Below, in pieces: positions 1 to 11,534 of a DNA stretch of 64,000 nucleotides; the first letter of the stretch is position 1; every line of letters starts with the position of its first letter. The DNA lies in NCBI GenBank assembly GCA_002269645.1, contig NIVC01003939.1, positions 1 through 64,000 on the forward strand. Reading direction: 5' to 3'. The notes beneath the pieces are model-generated. The model worked only from the letters and a program-made list of their open reading frames with translations. It did no database searches and was not told where the DNA came from. Source of the stretch: Macrostomum lignano. Lineage: Eukaryota. The translations under genes and the position numbers were made by a program.

Positions 1-132
1 CAGGTTATATTTTGAATAGTTTAAATTTGTTTAATAGTTTTCAACTCTATCGAAAGTCAGGCCGCTGTACACCCCTGGTTGTGAGCGTGTGCCTGCGTAC
101 GTATGACGTCTGCGCGGTATCGGACCTGGTTG

Positions 133-1325
133 CCTGGGTCTCTGGTGGCGCCCCTGTCTCTTTTGGTGGGCGCCCCTGTCTCCTGGTGGGCGCCCCTGTC
201 TCTTGGTGGGCGCCCTGTCTCTTGGTGGCCGCCCCTGTCTCCTGGTGGGCGCCCCTGTCTCTTGGTGGGCGCCCCTGTCTCCTGGTGGGCGCCCCTGTCT
301 CTTGGTGCCGCCCCTGTCTCCTGGTGGCCGCCCCTGTCTCCTGGTGGGCGCCCCTGTCTCCTGTGGCCGCCCCTGTCTCCTGGTGGCCGCCCCTGTCTCC
401 TGGTGGCGCCCCTGTCTCTTGGTGGCCGCCCCTGTCTCCTGGTGGCCGCCCTGTTCTCTTGGTGGGTGCCCCTGTCTCTTGGTGGCCGCCCCTGTCTCTT
501 GGTGGCCGCCCCTGTCTCTTGGTGCCGCCCCTGTCTCCTGGTGGCCGCCCCTGTCTCCTGGTGGGCGCCCCTGTCTCTTGGAGGGCGCCCCTGTCTCTTG
601 TGGCCGCCCCTGTCTCCTGGTGGGCGCCCCTGTCTCTTGTGGCCGCCCCTGTCTCCTGGTGGGCGCCACTGTCTCCTGGTGGGCGCCCTGTCTCCTGGTG
701 GGCGCCCCTGTCTCCTGGTGGCCGCCCCTGTCTCTCTTGGTGGGCGCCCCTGTCTCTTGTGGCCGCCCCTGTCTCTTGGTGGCCGCCCCTGTCTCTTGGT
801 GGCCGCCCCTGTCTCCTGGTGGCCGCCCTGTCTCCTGGTGGGCGCCCCTGTCTCTTGGAGGGCGCCCCTGTCTCTTGGTGGCCGCCCCTGTCTCCTGGTG
901 GGCGCCCCTGTCTCTTGGTGGCCGCCCCTGTCTCCTGGTGGGCGCCCTGTCTCCTGGTGGGCGCCCCTGTCTCTTGGTGGCCGCCCCTGTCTCCTGGTGG
1001 CGCCACTGTCTCCTGGTGGGCGCCCCTGTCTCCTGGTGGGCGCCCCTGTCTCTTGGTGACCGCCCCTGTCTCCTGGTGGCGCCCCTGTCTCTTGGTGGGC
1101 GCCCCTGTCTCTTGGTGGCCGCCCCTGTCTCTTGGTGGGCGCCCCTGTCTCTTGGAGGGCGCCCTGTCTCTTGGTGGCCGCCCCTGTCTCCTGGTGGGCG
1201 CCCCTGTCTCCTGGTGGGCGCCCCTGTCTCTTGGTGGCCGCCCCTGTCTCCTGGTGGGCGCCCCTGTCTCCTGGTGGGCGACCCTGTCTCCTGGTGGGCG
1301 CCCCTGTCTCTTGGTGGGCGCCCCG
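133..1325. repeat. GC-rich minisatellite, 20-21-bp unit (CTGGTGGGCGCCCCTGTCTC-like), about 1.2 kb, probably intronic
   Basis: Unit visibly reiterated; produces stop-free ORFs in several frames on both strands; ends just before an acceptor-like TCTCTCAG at 1327-1334. Confidence 0.95.
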
Positions 1326-1334
1326 ATCTCTCAG

Positions 1335-2575
1335 GCCGGTGGATGCTACGCCAAAGAGTTGACAAAAGTCGAACTCCTGGCATTCGTTGAGCTTGCAGAC
1401 TACCTTCTAATTTCATTTTACTGAATCAACTGAACCTTGCAGGGAGAATTTGTCAGCCTGCAGTGCCCGCTGACCCGAACTCTCAGAACCCTGATCGCCT
1501 GGTTTACCCTGCCGAACGACACCGAACGATTGCGAATTGAAACGGCCGAGATTGTGGCCGGAATCATGGATCCATATAGTCTGCGCGAGAACAGCAGTGG
1601 GAGGGTAAGCATGCATAATGATAAGGCCAATATCAAAGTCATGCGTACAAAGGCTGAGATACCAGAAGTCATAGAAGGACTCGGGATTTTCTTAGACAGT
1701 TAATGCTAATTAACCGGCTTTTGGCTCTACATGGTGTATCGATCCGTTCAATAGAACAAAATATAACAGATCTTATAGTGTTGAATCAAGAGTAATAATA
1801 ATAATTGATTACACCTGCCCTAATAGGCAGATGCACAACCGACAGCTCAGCCGCAGCTATTGCGCAGCGCATCTGAAGGCTGCGTACGGCTGTTCAGTCC
1901 AAGGACTGGGGGTCGCCACACTCACCCTCAATTACTGGGTGAACTGAAGCAATGCAGAGAAGTGTCTTGCTCAAGGACACAAACTGTTCGAGTTGGTCGA
2001 GAATCGAACCCCCGACCTTTCAGTCGTGAGTCCGACGCTCTGACCACTCGGCTACAACCTTAATTGTCGCAGGCACTCATTTTGGCGCCCTTAAGCAAAA
2101 TTGATTTCCGTAACGGGTCACAATTAAGGTGGGGGGCGGGGGGGACAAAGCATTGAATTGGCAATACCGCCCCCCCCGGTGGCGAAGCCACTGCGCATAA
2201 TCCTTTAAACCAAAGCATCATCCTTCTAGTTTTAGCAGTGCGTTCCTATAAATGATCCATCATCATACGAGCCGTTTAAACGCAAACCGCCCACCGCGTA
2301 CGCAGGTCTTCACCGACCCGGGCGGCAATTTGAACATTGCAGACGTGAAAAAGACCCAAGACCAGCGGAAATACTACTGCCTGCACAAGGGCCGCGTGGT
2401 TGGCTACGTTAATTTGATAATCCGCCACGCCAAAGAGGAGAGCCATATCATGTACATCACTTCGCTAGTGATGAACGTGCTGAGAGTGGCGTCGCCGCTG
2501 GTCATAACGGCTAGTATTATTTTTCTCACTTTGGTCAGTGCTTCGAACATGTTCGAGCCGCAAGTGCCGTGGTAA
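1335..2575 (+). CDS. 3' exons of an Ig-like (FAM187-like) single-pass membrane protein; exons 1443-1604 and 2306-2575, possible upstream exon from 1335
   Basis: Phase-0 GT-AG join (AGG|GTAAGC at 1604/1605; CGCAG|GTC at 2305/2306) gives GEFVSLQCP...IAW...SGRVFTDPGGNLNIADVKKTQDQRKYYC, an Ig-domain C-W-YYC pattern, followed by a hydrophobic C-terminal segment. 5' exons not resolved. Confidence 0.6.
1795..2060 (-). mobile_element. tRNA-derived SINE with CORE-like central domain and (ATT)n tail
   Basis: Minus strand begins TGTAGCCGAGTGGTCAGAGCG...GGTTCGATTC (A and B boxes), then GTGTCCTTGAGCAAGACAC...TTCAGTTCACCCAG; related copies at 2790-2990, 8980-9112 and 9120-9377. Confidence 0.8.
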
Positions 2576-2789
2576 ACTTTGGTCCAAATTAGCCAATTTC
2601 CTTTTATACAACTCTTTTTTATTAGTCTTACATAACTTGTAGTACATTAATGCAATGCATTAAACAGAAGTGTCTAGGATAATGTATGTACACGTAATTA
2701 TAAAAAACACAATGCCAAATGTCGTCTTTAAAACACGTTTTAAACTGAAAAATAAACAAACGGTAACTGTGTGAATAATAACAATAAAA

Positions 2790-2990
2790 GTAATTATTGA
2801 TTGCTCCTACTCTAATGAGCATGCAGATGTGCAACCGACAGCTCAGCCGCAGCTATTGCGCGGTGCATTTGAAGGCTGCGTACGGCTGTTCAGTCCAAGG
2901 ACTGTGTGGGGGGGTCGCCACACACACACACACACCCTCAATTACCCCAGCTAATGCGGCACCCAGTTGAACTGAAGCAATGCAGAGTCA
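2790..2990 (-). mobile_element. Partial (3') copy of the same SINE family
   Basis: Shares GCAGATGTGCAACCGACAGCTCAGCCGCAGCTATTGCG...GAAGGCTGCGTACGGCTGTTCAGTCCAAGGACT with the 1795-2060 copy; no tRNA head. Confidence 0.75.
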
Positions 2991-3155
2991 ATACGGATCA
3001 ATACATGTAGCTATTGTTTCGTATCCGTGTATTTCGATTTTATGGTGGGGGGGGGACAAAGCCAATGATTCTACATGTACATGTACATGACTAAATTCAT
3101 AGATGTGCATTATTTTGAGAATCGGTGTTGTTAGAACTCATTTTGGCGCCCTGAA

Positions 3156-4292
3156 CAACAACAACAGAATACGTAGTTAGCATCACAGGGCGCGCCTCAA
3201 GGCCAGGTCGGGTCGCGAACGAACGCCACGCCGCCGGCCGAATCCGGGGCGCCGGCGTCAGCCAGCAGGCAGTCGACGAAACGCCGAGTGCGCGCCTGCC
3301 CCCGCCGGTAGGGTGCCTGCAGCGTTAGCAGCAGCACCTCCTGCAGCGGCTCTGGGCAGTACGGCTCGGCTCGGATGATGTGGCCTGCCAGCTGGAGTCG
3401 CCGACGGCGCAACAGGTCGCTTGGACGGACCAGGCTGGTGCGGCGATACAAAGCCGCGTTGGTCACTCGCTCGTAGCCGATCTTGAAGGCGGCGCGCAGC
3501 AGGCCAGCGTGCGCCGCGTCAACTTGCTGCTCGAGCGACTCCGTCAGCGTCCAGGTCTCGGCGTTGTACAGCAGGACGGTCTCGACCACCGCCTGGAACA
3601 ACGCCGCCCTCTAGCGGTCAGGTACGGCCTCGGACTGCAGGACTGCCCTCACAGAGCGGAAGGCAGCCCAGGCAAGCCCGCGGCGACGCCGCAAATCCTC
3701 GCGGACACCGGGAACCAGATTGTCGAGGTAGACGAACTGCTGACAACGCGGAAGCTCTGTCGCCTGTTCATCAGCGCCTCGGCACCAAATCGCAGCCTCG
3801 ATGTCGTCCGGCACGTAGAGCACGACGGTCTTCTGCGTGTTGACCACCAGGCCGAGACTCGCCGCAACAGCAACTAGCTTGTCCAGTTGTCGCTTTGGCG
3901 CCCTTGACAGTTGAGGACAACGGGGCGAGATCGTCGTCGTAGCCAAGCACGCTGAGCCGCCTCTCCGGTTGACGTCGACCCTCGCGTCGCCGCAACAGAA
4001 AGCCATCGTCGTTGGTAGGAAGAGCGGTCCGCAGCGCCGAGTCAAGCACCAGAACGAACAGAAACGGCGCAAGCGTATCTCCCTGAAGCACTCTGGAGGA
4101 TGTCTCAAAGAAGTCCGATAGGCCGTCCGGTGTTGAAACAGCAGCTTTCGTATCAGGGTACATCGCCATGATGGCGGAAATCAGCTGCTCTGGCACGCTG
4201 TACGCACGGAGCACATTTGGGAGCACAGACCTGACGACCGAGTCGAAATTAATGCTTTCTTGCAATCTATGAAGATAACAATCAGGATCGAC
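3156..4292 (-). mobile_element. 5'-truncated, frameshifted RTE-type non-LTR retrotransposon (RT and C-terminal region)
   Basis: Broken ORFs with FDSV, VLQGDTLAPFLF, YDDD (YADD-like), FVYL, VLLYNAETWTL and RRLQLAGHIIR; short (GTT)n tail; 12-bp direct repeat TGGCGCCCTGAA at 3144-3155 and 4293-4304 is the TSD. Confidence 0.9.
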
Positions 4293-5476
4293 TGGCGCCC
4301 TGAAGCAAAACTATTTATTACTACGAGGGGTCACAAGGTGGGGGTAGCTAACTCAAATGCGACATAATCAATTCTAGTTTAGCGGCAACAAGCCAAATAA
4401 GCCGCGAAATGCCATGCAATTGAGAGTTTAAAAAAAGCCCAAGTAACTACATCTAGTTAGTCATTTTAAGTAGCAGACTCGCTCGTTGCTGTCCCCATGC
4501 AGCGGATATTCTTGCTGGTTCGGCAACAGCATATCTATATTGTTGTGTGCGCAGTGGTGCTTTGTCGCACTTGGTTTGGCCTTTTAAGTAGCGGTTGGGT
4601 CGCCATCATAGACCCGAAAAATCACAACACCGGAAAAGTTTTAGCACCGTATTTGGAGTTACGATAGTTCGGGTTTTCGATGCTAGATCCCCTGAATTTT
4701 ATGCACTTGAGATCGAGGGCTATGTACTCGTATGTTGAAATGGAGTTGGATTTTGTGCTATTCGACCGGAAAAAATCTATATAACAGGCATATATACTCA
4801 AAGATCATCTGAAGTAAGTCAGTGATAACGTACACACATATAGTAACAACGTACATTGTACATGGTCTAGGCACTCTGCATTTTAACCTTTATAACTTCC
4901 TAAGGTTGATCAGCTACTACGGCTTCACGTTCGCGTGCACGCTAAGGAATATTAATTCAAGATACCCCATGGAGAAGCCTGCTGCATATTCTCTCTCTGT
5001 CTGTCCAGTTTTAATTAAACATTCATCGCTTTGTAAGACAGTAAATGTTGGCTTGAGTTTAGCTTGGCAAAGCGAATGCTTAATGTCTTATAAGTTTTAT
5101 GCAGCCATACGCTACATGTAGTGTAGGTAGAACTAGAGAGACATGTTAAATATAGTGTAGTGCCATATACGAGTATAAAAGTCTGTCTGAAGTGGCACCT
5201 AGCGAGTGAGTTGAGCTTTCGTCGCCTATAGTCGGTTTATATAAAGTCCGCACACTTGGAACAAGAGTTTTGTTTGCTGATTACACTGTAATACTTTCGC
5301 TCAGCGTCGTTGAATTCAACTCGCGTCTAAAAGATAAAGAAACCTCCGAGCTAGATTATTATTAAAGCAGCAGTCCGTAGGCTCTGTTATAACCAATTCG
5401 TTCGGAGCAGCGTATTCAAGTGAAGTCATTGCCAGTTCTGCGACTGTCTTAACAAAACACACGATCACAAGCGACA

Positions 5477-5992
5477 ATGCAGCAAGAATTAGACAACAAC
5501 ACTAAGTTAAACTCGCTAAACACTACCGTAGGCTTCTGCCTACCGCAGCAGCGGAGGACAACAAGTTTAGAGACGAAACAGCAGCAATTGTTCGATCATC
5601 GTCGAATAGTGTTTCTCTGCGATTCTGGAGCAACTTATAGGCCAGACAATCGAACCATGAGACCCCGGCAATCAGGATATTACGAAAATCTGCACTGGTC
5701 TGACGCGGCGGCCGAAATCCCTGTAGCAACCACGTCGCCAAGAATGCTAGTACAGCAAGCCCTGACTGCGGCTAGCCTAGCACTTGAAGCTTCTTCAAGA
5801 AGGACGCGAAAACAGCAGGAGCAGCAGCAAAGAGCTAAGCCAAGCAATGCCAAGAACGACAACAACCAACAGAAGACTGTATCCTTTCACCCGTCTGTAC
5901 AAGTTGGATTAAGCTACGCAGCTGAAAGGGCGGCGGCAAGAAAGGCTGCAGCTCGAAACCTGCTGCCACCAATTCCAGTGAGAAAAGTCTAG
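5477..5992 (+). CDS. Single-exon hypothetical protein (171 aa) with Q-rich segments and an RVxF-type PP1-docking motif (KTVSF)
   Basis: ATG-initiated ORF in non-repetitive DNA, with TATATAAAG about 240 bp upstream (near 5238); no recognised domain. Confidence 0.5.
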   Translation: MQQELDNNTKLNSLNTTVGFCLPQQRRTTSLETKQQQLFDHRRIVFLCDSGATYRPDNRTMRPRQSGYYENLHWSDAAAEIPVATTSPRMLVQQALTAASLALEASSRRTRKQQEQQQRAKPSNAKNDNNQQKTVSFHPSVQVGLSYAAERAAARKAAARNLLPPIPVRKV

Positions 5993-6026
5993 CAAGAGCT
6001 GATGTAAAAATATGCTCATGACCGAC

Positions 6027-6463
6027 CACAGATACTAGAATAGATGGGCCACTCTGCACAGTTGCGTGTAAGCTACTTTCAGTTCAGTAGTAAGTTAAAC
6101 GGAAGCATTTTAATGTATTTTTAAAGCCAAAGCTCTTACCCCCTAGCTCAAACCCTCCAACCGCGCCTTTCCGCCCCGCCCCCCCCCCCCCCCCCAATCT
6201 AATTTTTATTGCCGTTCTCGGATTTCCAGCCTAAAGCTGCCATGTACATTTCAGTGGACTGGCCAATGTACATTATTGCTGAACCAATTAGCAAGTTGTT
6301 TACGCCTGCAAGCTTGGACTTCCTACTTATCAAAGTCATTTCAGCTGCCTTTATTCCTATAAAATAGCTTACGCATTCGTCTTTGCTACTGAACTGAAAG
6401 TACAAAGCTATTTTGCTAAGTATATATGCCTGAGTGGCCCATCTAGTTATTTTAGTATCTGTG
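6027..6463. mobile_element. hAT-type MITE (family 1), about 437 bp
   Basis: Imperfect TIRs CACAGATACTAGAATAGATGGGCCACTC / GAGTGGCCCATCTAGTTATTTTAGTATCTGTG; 8-bp TSD TGACCGAC at 6019-6026 and 6464-6471; related copies at 35925-36552 and 59786-59940. Confidence 0.85.
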
Positions 6464-6944
6464 TGACCGACTTGTGCACTGTTCTGCTACTTGTGTAAAA
6501 TCTTAAAAACAGCAAAACTTCACAATAATTTGATACGCATGTCACCGCCAACTGCTTCAGACAAGCTGGTCTGTTCAAAACGTACACAAGTTTTTATTTA
6601 TTTCTGCAATACAAACTATATATTGTATGCTATGATATGCAAGCATAAATATAATGAACCATATTACAAGAAAGGCATGATGTTTGCGATTTAGTTATGA
6701 CATCGGTTGGGAGTCAACAAATTGTTAATACGCTCTTGTTTCAAATAATTTACAATTGATTCAATCTAATTGTTGTTAAACTATTATAGTTCTAAAAAAG
6801 ACATGTACATTGTAGGTCCAGCGCACTGGAAAAATAAGCGTATGGATAATATGAGAATTTAGGTTAGGGCTTTGAATTCTATTTTATCCGCAGTCCAATG
6901 ACTGGCGGTGAAATACTGGTAGAGAGAATCTCACTTTTCCAGGA

Positions 6945-7725
6945 TGTCTACCTGAGAATCTGACTCTCCCAGGATGTCTACCTGAGAATCTGACTCTCCC
7001 AGGATGTCTACCTGAGAATCTGACTCTCCCAGGATGTCTACCTGAGAATCTGACTCCCTCAAGATGACTACCTGAGAATCTGACTCTCCCAACCTGACTA
7101 CCTGAGAATCTGACTCTCCCAACCTGACTACCTGAGAATCTGACTCTCCCAACCTGACTACCTGAGAATCTGACTCTCCCAACCTGACTACCTGAGAATC
7201 TGACTCTCCCAACCTGACTACCTGAGAATCTGACTCTCCCAACCTGACTACCTGAGAATCTGACTCTCCCAACCTGACTACCTGAGAATCTGACTCTCCC
7301 AGGATGACTACCTGAGAATCCGACTCTCCCAGGATGACTAACTGAGAATCCGACTCTCCCAGGATGACTACCTGAGAATCCGACTCTCCCAGGATGACTA
7401 CCTGAGAATCTGACTCTCCCAGGATGACTAACTGAGAATCCGACTCTCCCAGGATGACTAACTGAGAATCCGACTCTCCCAGGATGACTACCTGAGAATC
7501 CGACTCTCCCAGGATGACTACCTGAGAATCTGACTCTCCCAGGATGACTACCTGAGAATCTGACTCTCCCAGGATGACTAACTGAGAATCCGACTCTCCC
7601 AGGATGACTACCTGAGAATCCGACTCTCCCAGGATGACTAACTGAGAATCTGACTCTCCCAGGATGACTAACTGAGAATCTGACTCTCCCAGGATGACTA
7701 ACCGAGAATCTGACTCTCCCAAGCC
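6945..7725. repeat. 30-bp minisatellite (CCTGAGAATCTGACTCTCCCAGGATGACTA) with blocks of variant units
   Basis: About 26 tandem copies; explains the GESDSQVVIL ORF. Confidence 0.95.
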
Positions 7726-7829
7726 AAGATGACTAACTAAAAACCAAAAGTTAGAAATTAAAATCCTGCCGAAAAAAGGAGAATTCTCAGATTAACAACT
7801 ACAAATTACGCTGCTATTAAAAAAGCTCT

Positions 7830-9716
7830 TTACCCGACTTCACCCAGCAACGGCCTGTGATACAGACTAACCCGTTTAGCCGTATACAACGAGTGCAATG
7901 CAAATCTTTGCATATCGACCGTCTTAAAACCGTTTCTTAATCCGAGTCTAATCAGCGGCAGAGATGCCCGCAGAATCGGCGCCACCTCCTCTGTCGGCAG
8001 TGCATCAAGCTGGGACACTGTCAGCCAATCAACCTTGGAAATCTCATCTGGACACGGCTTCAACTCGCCTCGCCGCTGTCCATCAAGACTCAGTCGGCAC
8101 AGTACATAAAAATCTGACCGATTAAAAGCCATCGGATGCCAGTGATGATGACGAAAGGCCAGCACAGACTCGAATCGCGCCGCGATGCCGGTTTCTTCCG
8201 CGACTTCGCGAACAGCCGCGTCGCCAATTTCTTCGCCTAAATCGGCGACACCGCCTGGTAGTTTCCATGGCGACTGATGAGGCTTCTTAGTCTGGGCGCC
8301 CTGCGAGAGAGGCAATGATGACTGAATGACTTACCTGTGAAAGAAACCATTAAGCAAAATTAACGCAATTTGGGGTAAACGGCAGGAGTAACTATGACTG
8401 TCTTATAAAGGCTAAATGCTTCGTCATCTAATTAGTACTACGTCTATTCTTTGGGGTGGGCATTTTTGCGACTTACCTTGGTTGGCCGCCAAATCGGTCG
8501 GCCGGATCGGCCGACTGTTGCGCATGTATGGCACTATTACGCCCGTAGTGGCAAACATAAAAATAGAAATTATAATTTTTATCTCTAACCTGTTTAGGCG
8601 GCAACCGATGCTCGCGGACGCACAGCAACGAATCGCCATCAATGAGCAAGCCTGCAACCCCGAGCTGATGCGTGCCAAACCGAGGCACTTTACTTGGCCG
8701 TCCTGGCCTCAGCCATTTCACCAGAGTCGCGTAGTAGCCTTCGGCGTGATGATAACGGAAGCCGTCGACAGCCAGGTGTGTAGTTAAACTGCTCAGGTGG
8801 AGAGGCACTCGAACCCAGGCTGCCGGAGCTACTGTTAAACTGTTGGAGACCGCGTCTGGCTTGTGATGGTAAGAAATAAGGTCGAACTTTTGTACTTTGT
8901 TGTTCATCATCACAAATTTTTATTTAACGATTTTCTTTAATGATCTTTGAGTTCATCTGTATTTTTTTTACAAAATTAATAATAATAATAATAATAATTG
9001 ATTACACCTGCCCCAATTCGGCAAGATTTGCAAACGACAGTTCTGAATGCTGCGTACGGCTGTTCAGTCCAATGACTGAGGGGTCGCCACACACGCCCTC
9101 AATTACCCCAACCCCCTCGGGTTGTAGCCTAGTGGTTAGAGCGTCAAGGGCCCACTCGGAACAATCTGTGTCCTTGAGCACCACGTACACTTAACTCTTG
9201 CATTGCTTCAGTTCACCCAGCTGTAAAATGGATGCCAGCATTAGTTGGGGTAATTGAGGATGTGTGGCGACCCCCCAGTCATTGGACTGAACAGCCGTAC
9301 GCAGCCTTCAGAGCTTCAGGCTACACAACTGGCCCAATTGGGGCAGGTGTAATCAATTATTATTATTATTATTATTATTACACCAAACTTCAACTACGTA
9401 TGAATATCACGTAGGTAGAATTAACAAGCGATAGTGTTACAAAGTACACTTAAAATTTTGATAGCAAACACTTCTATGAATACCCACCTCTTATATGCTC
9501 CATAACTAGATCTTCATCAGTGCCCTCGTTAACAGCCGACAGGTCTAGCATAACGCCGCCATATCGATCCGTTGTCATAGCAACACCAGAAGCGTACGTT
9601 AACAACCGTTTGTTATAATTGCTATTGCTAACAGCTACAGGTGTTGACTGTGCAAGTCTTGTTAGAAAATTTGCAGATCCAATAAGTCTGCAGCAACGCA
9701 GCATCAGACTGTGCAT
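7830..9716 (-). CDS. NUDT6: Nudix hydrolase 6-like; exons 9716-9488, 8855-8590, 8300-7830
   Basis: DRYGGV, FRYHHAEG..LVKWL...VPRFGTHQLGVAG and Nudix box WKLPGGVADLGEEIGDAAVREVAEETGI; GT-AG boundaries keep the frame. Confidence 0.9.
8335..8530. mobile_element. Truncated copy of the CATACATGCGCAA-ended MITE (family 2, long form) in NUDT6 intron 2
   Basis: Reverse complement aligns by eye with 60930-61135; keeps one terminus TTGCGCATGTATG at 8518-8530. Confidence 0.75.
8980..9377. mobile_element. Inverted SINE pair in NUDT6 intron 1 (minus-strand 3' half at 8980-9112; fuller plus-strand copy at 9120-9377)
   Basis: Plus copy: GTTGTAGCCTAGTGGTTAGAGCG head, CORE-like GTGTCCTTGAGC...CAGCTGTAAAATGG and (ATT)n tail; its 3' half is complementary to 8980-9112. 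Confidence 0.8.
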
Positions 9717-9857
9717 CTTTCCGAGCCCTTTTGACTGATTTAAAGCAGCTTGGAGTGATGAAAAAGGGAATTTTGTAGCTTTTGTAGAGTTACGTCACGT
9801 GTTAAGCAAATTGTAGGACAACTGGACTCTATGGACTGTGTATGCAGACTAGCTTCA

Positions 9858-10640
9858 GACAGACAGACAGACAGAAAGACAGGCACAAAGGCAGACAGAC
9901 AGAACACACAAACAAGACATAGACGGACAGAGACAAGATACAGACAGACAGACAGACAGGCACAAAGACCGACAGACAAAACACACAAACAAGACATAGA
10001 CACAGACAAGATACAGACAGACAGACAGACACAGGCAGACAGACACAGACACACAGACAAGACACAAGCAGACAGACAGACAGACAAGACACAGGCAGAC
10101 AGACAAGACAAGGACAGACACAGACAGACAGACAGACAAGACACAGACAGACAGACACAGACAGACAGACACAGACAGACAGACAGACAGACAGACAAGA
10201 CACAGACAGACATAGACAGACAGACAGACAGGACACAGACAGACGGACAGACAGACACAGACAAGACACAGACAGACAGACACAGACACACAGACAGACA
10301 AGACACAGACAGACACAGACAAGACACAGGCAGACAGACAGACAGACAAGACACAGACAGACACAGACAAGACACAGGCAGACAGACAGACAGACAAGAC
10401 ACAGACAGACACAGACAAGACACAGGCAGACAGACAGACAGACAAGACGCAGACAGACATAGACAAGACACAGGCAGACAGACAGACAGACAAGACACAG
10501 ACAGACAGACAGACAGACAGACAAGACACAGACAGACATAGACAGACAGACAGACAGGACACAGACAGACGGACAGACAGACACAGACAAGACACAGGCA
10601 GACAGACAGACACACAGACAAGACACAGATAGACAGACAG
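9858..10640. repeat. Degenerate (GACA)n microsatellite array
   Basis: Visible GACA/GACAC reiteration. Confidence 0.95.
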
Positions 10641-10823
10641 ATTTTAAAGCTTATGGTTAAACCTGGTGGCAGTTCTGTACAATCCATAATGAAGCACAAA
10701 AAAACAAAATGCCAACCAAAATCATTTACAGAATGCAATATACAATCATGAATGTATTTTTGTTAAAATTGATTATTAACACACTTTGAGTATGCAGTAG
10801 TTGATACAGTTCAATGCGAAGTT

Positions 10824-11294
10824 CTACTTAGACATCCGCCTGGGTAAATAGAGTTTAGCCTGAGCAACAAGCAGCCCGAGCAGAGTTCGATACCACAATC
10901 GGTTAAACTCGTACTGACCCTGGCGAGTCTGCTCAAGAAACTGCCTATAGAACTCGGCCATCTGGTCCGGCATCAGCTGCTCCTCGGGTGCAAACGCCAG
11001 CTCAGTTCGTTTAATAATCGAGAATCTGTCTTTAGCCAGCTTGAATGCCTGATTGTGCGCCGCCCAGTGCTTGTGGCAAAGGTCGAACGCGGCCAGGCGT
11101 TTATCGCGATAGCACCTGGCCTGGATGTCTCTTAACTCGTCACCGATTTTCACATCAACCGGCCGGATGCAAGATCGAGGATCTGGCGGGCCTACACTTT
11201 CCGATATGCGATTTTTCGATCTCAAAGATGATGACGATGAAGAGGATAACAAGCGGCGGCTAATGCTGCTTAGACAGACGCGACTCACGCTCAT
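10824..11294 (-). CDS. COA8: Cytochrome c oxidase assembly factor 8 / APOPT1-like, single coding exon
   Basis: Ser/Arg-rich mitochondrial-type N-terminus, VGPPDPRSCIRPV, HWAAHNQAF and MAEFYRQFL...FNRLWY match the COA8 pattern; acceptor TCTTGCAG lies 3 nt before the ATG at 11294. Confidence 0.85.
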   Translation of the reverse strand: MSVSRVCLSSISRRLLSSSSSSSLRSKNRISESVGPPDPRSCIRPVDVKIGDELRDIQARCYRDKRLAAFDLCHKHWAAHNQAFKLAKDRFSIIKRTELAFAPEEQLMPDQMAEFYRQFLEQTRQGQYEFNRLWYRTLLGLLVAQAKLYLPRRMSK

Positions 11295-11454
11295 TGCCTG
11301 CAAGATTTGGAAAGAAACAAATCATTAGCTAAACTAATCATTAATATATAATATATTGTTTGTAAGCTTTTGTCTATGGCCAAAAACATCTCATCCACAG
11401 AGAGTATTTTGAACACTTGAGACGAGCGTACGACAAGGGATAGAAAGTGTAACA

Positions 11455-11492
11455 CAGACAGACAAATTCACACTTTGACAGATGGACAGTCT

Positions 11493-11534
<42 letters not shown>
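11455..11534. repeat. (GACA)n microsatellite, left flank of the TIR element
   Basis: Continues after the element at 20628. Confidence 0.9.

Noticed and set aside
12-1424. Several long ORFs (300-470 aa) on both strands
   Set aside because: All are translations of a stop-free 20-21-bp minisatellite; periodic peptides with no domain.
1985-2060. tRNA-like sequence (A and B boxes) on the minus strand
   Set aside because: No clear acceptor-stem pairing, and it continues into a CORE-like SINE body and (ATT)n tail with other copies nearby; it is a SINE head, not a tRNA gene.
8301-8345. TTTCACAG|GTAAGT, resembling a recursive splice site or micro-exon in NUDT6 intron 2
   Set aside because: It coincides with the broken end of a MITE copy whose intact relative reads TTTTACATGTAAGT; the direct exon 2-exon 3 join is already in frame. 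Not supportable without RNA data.
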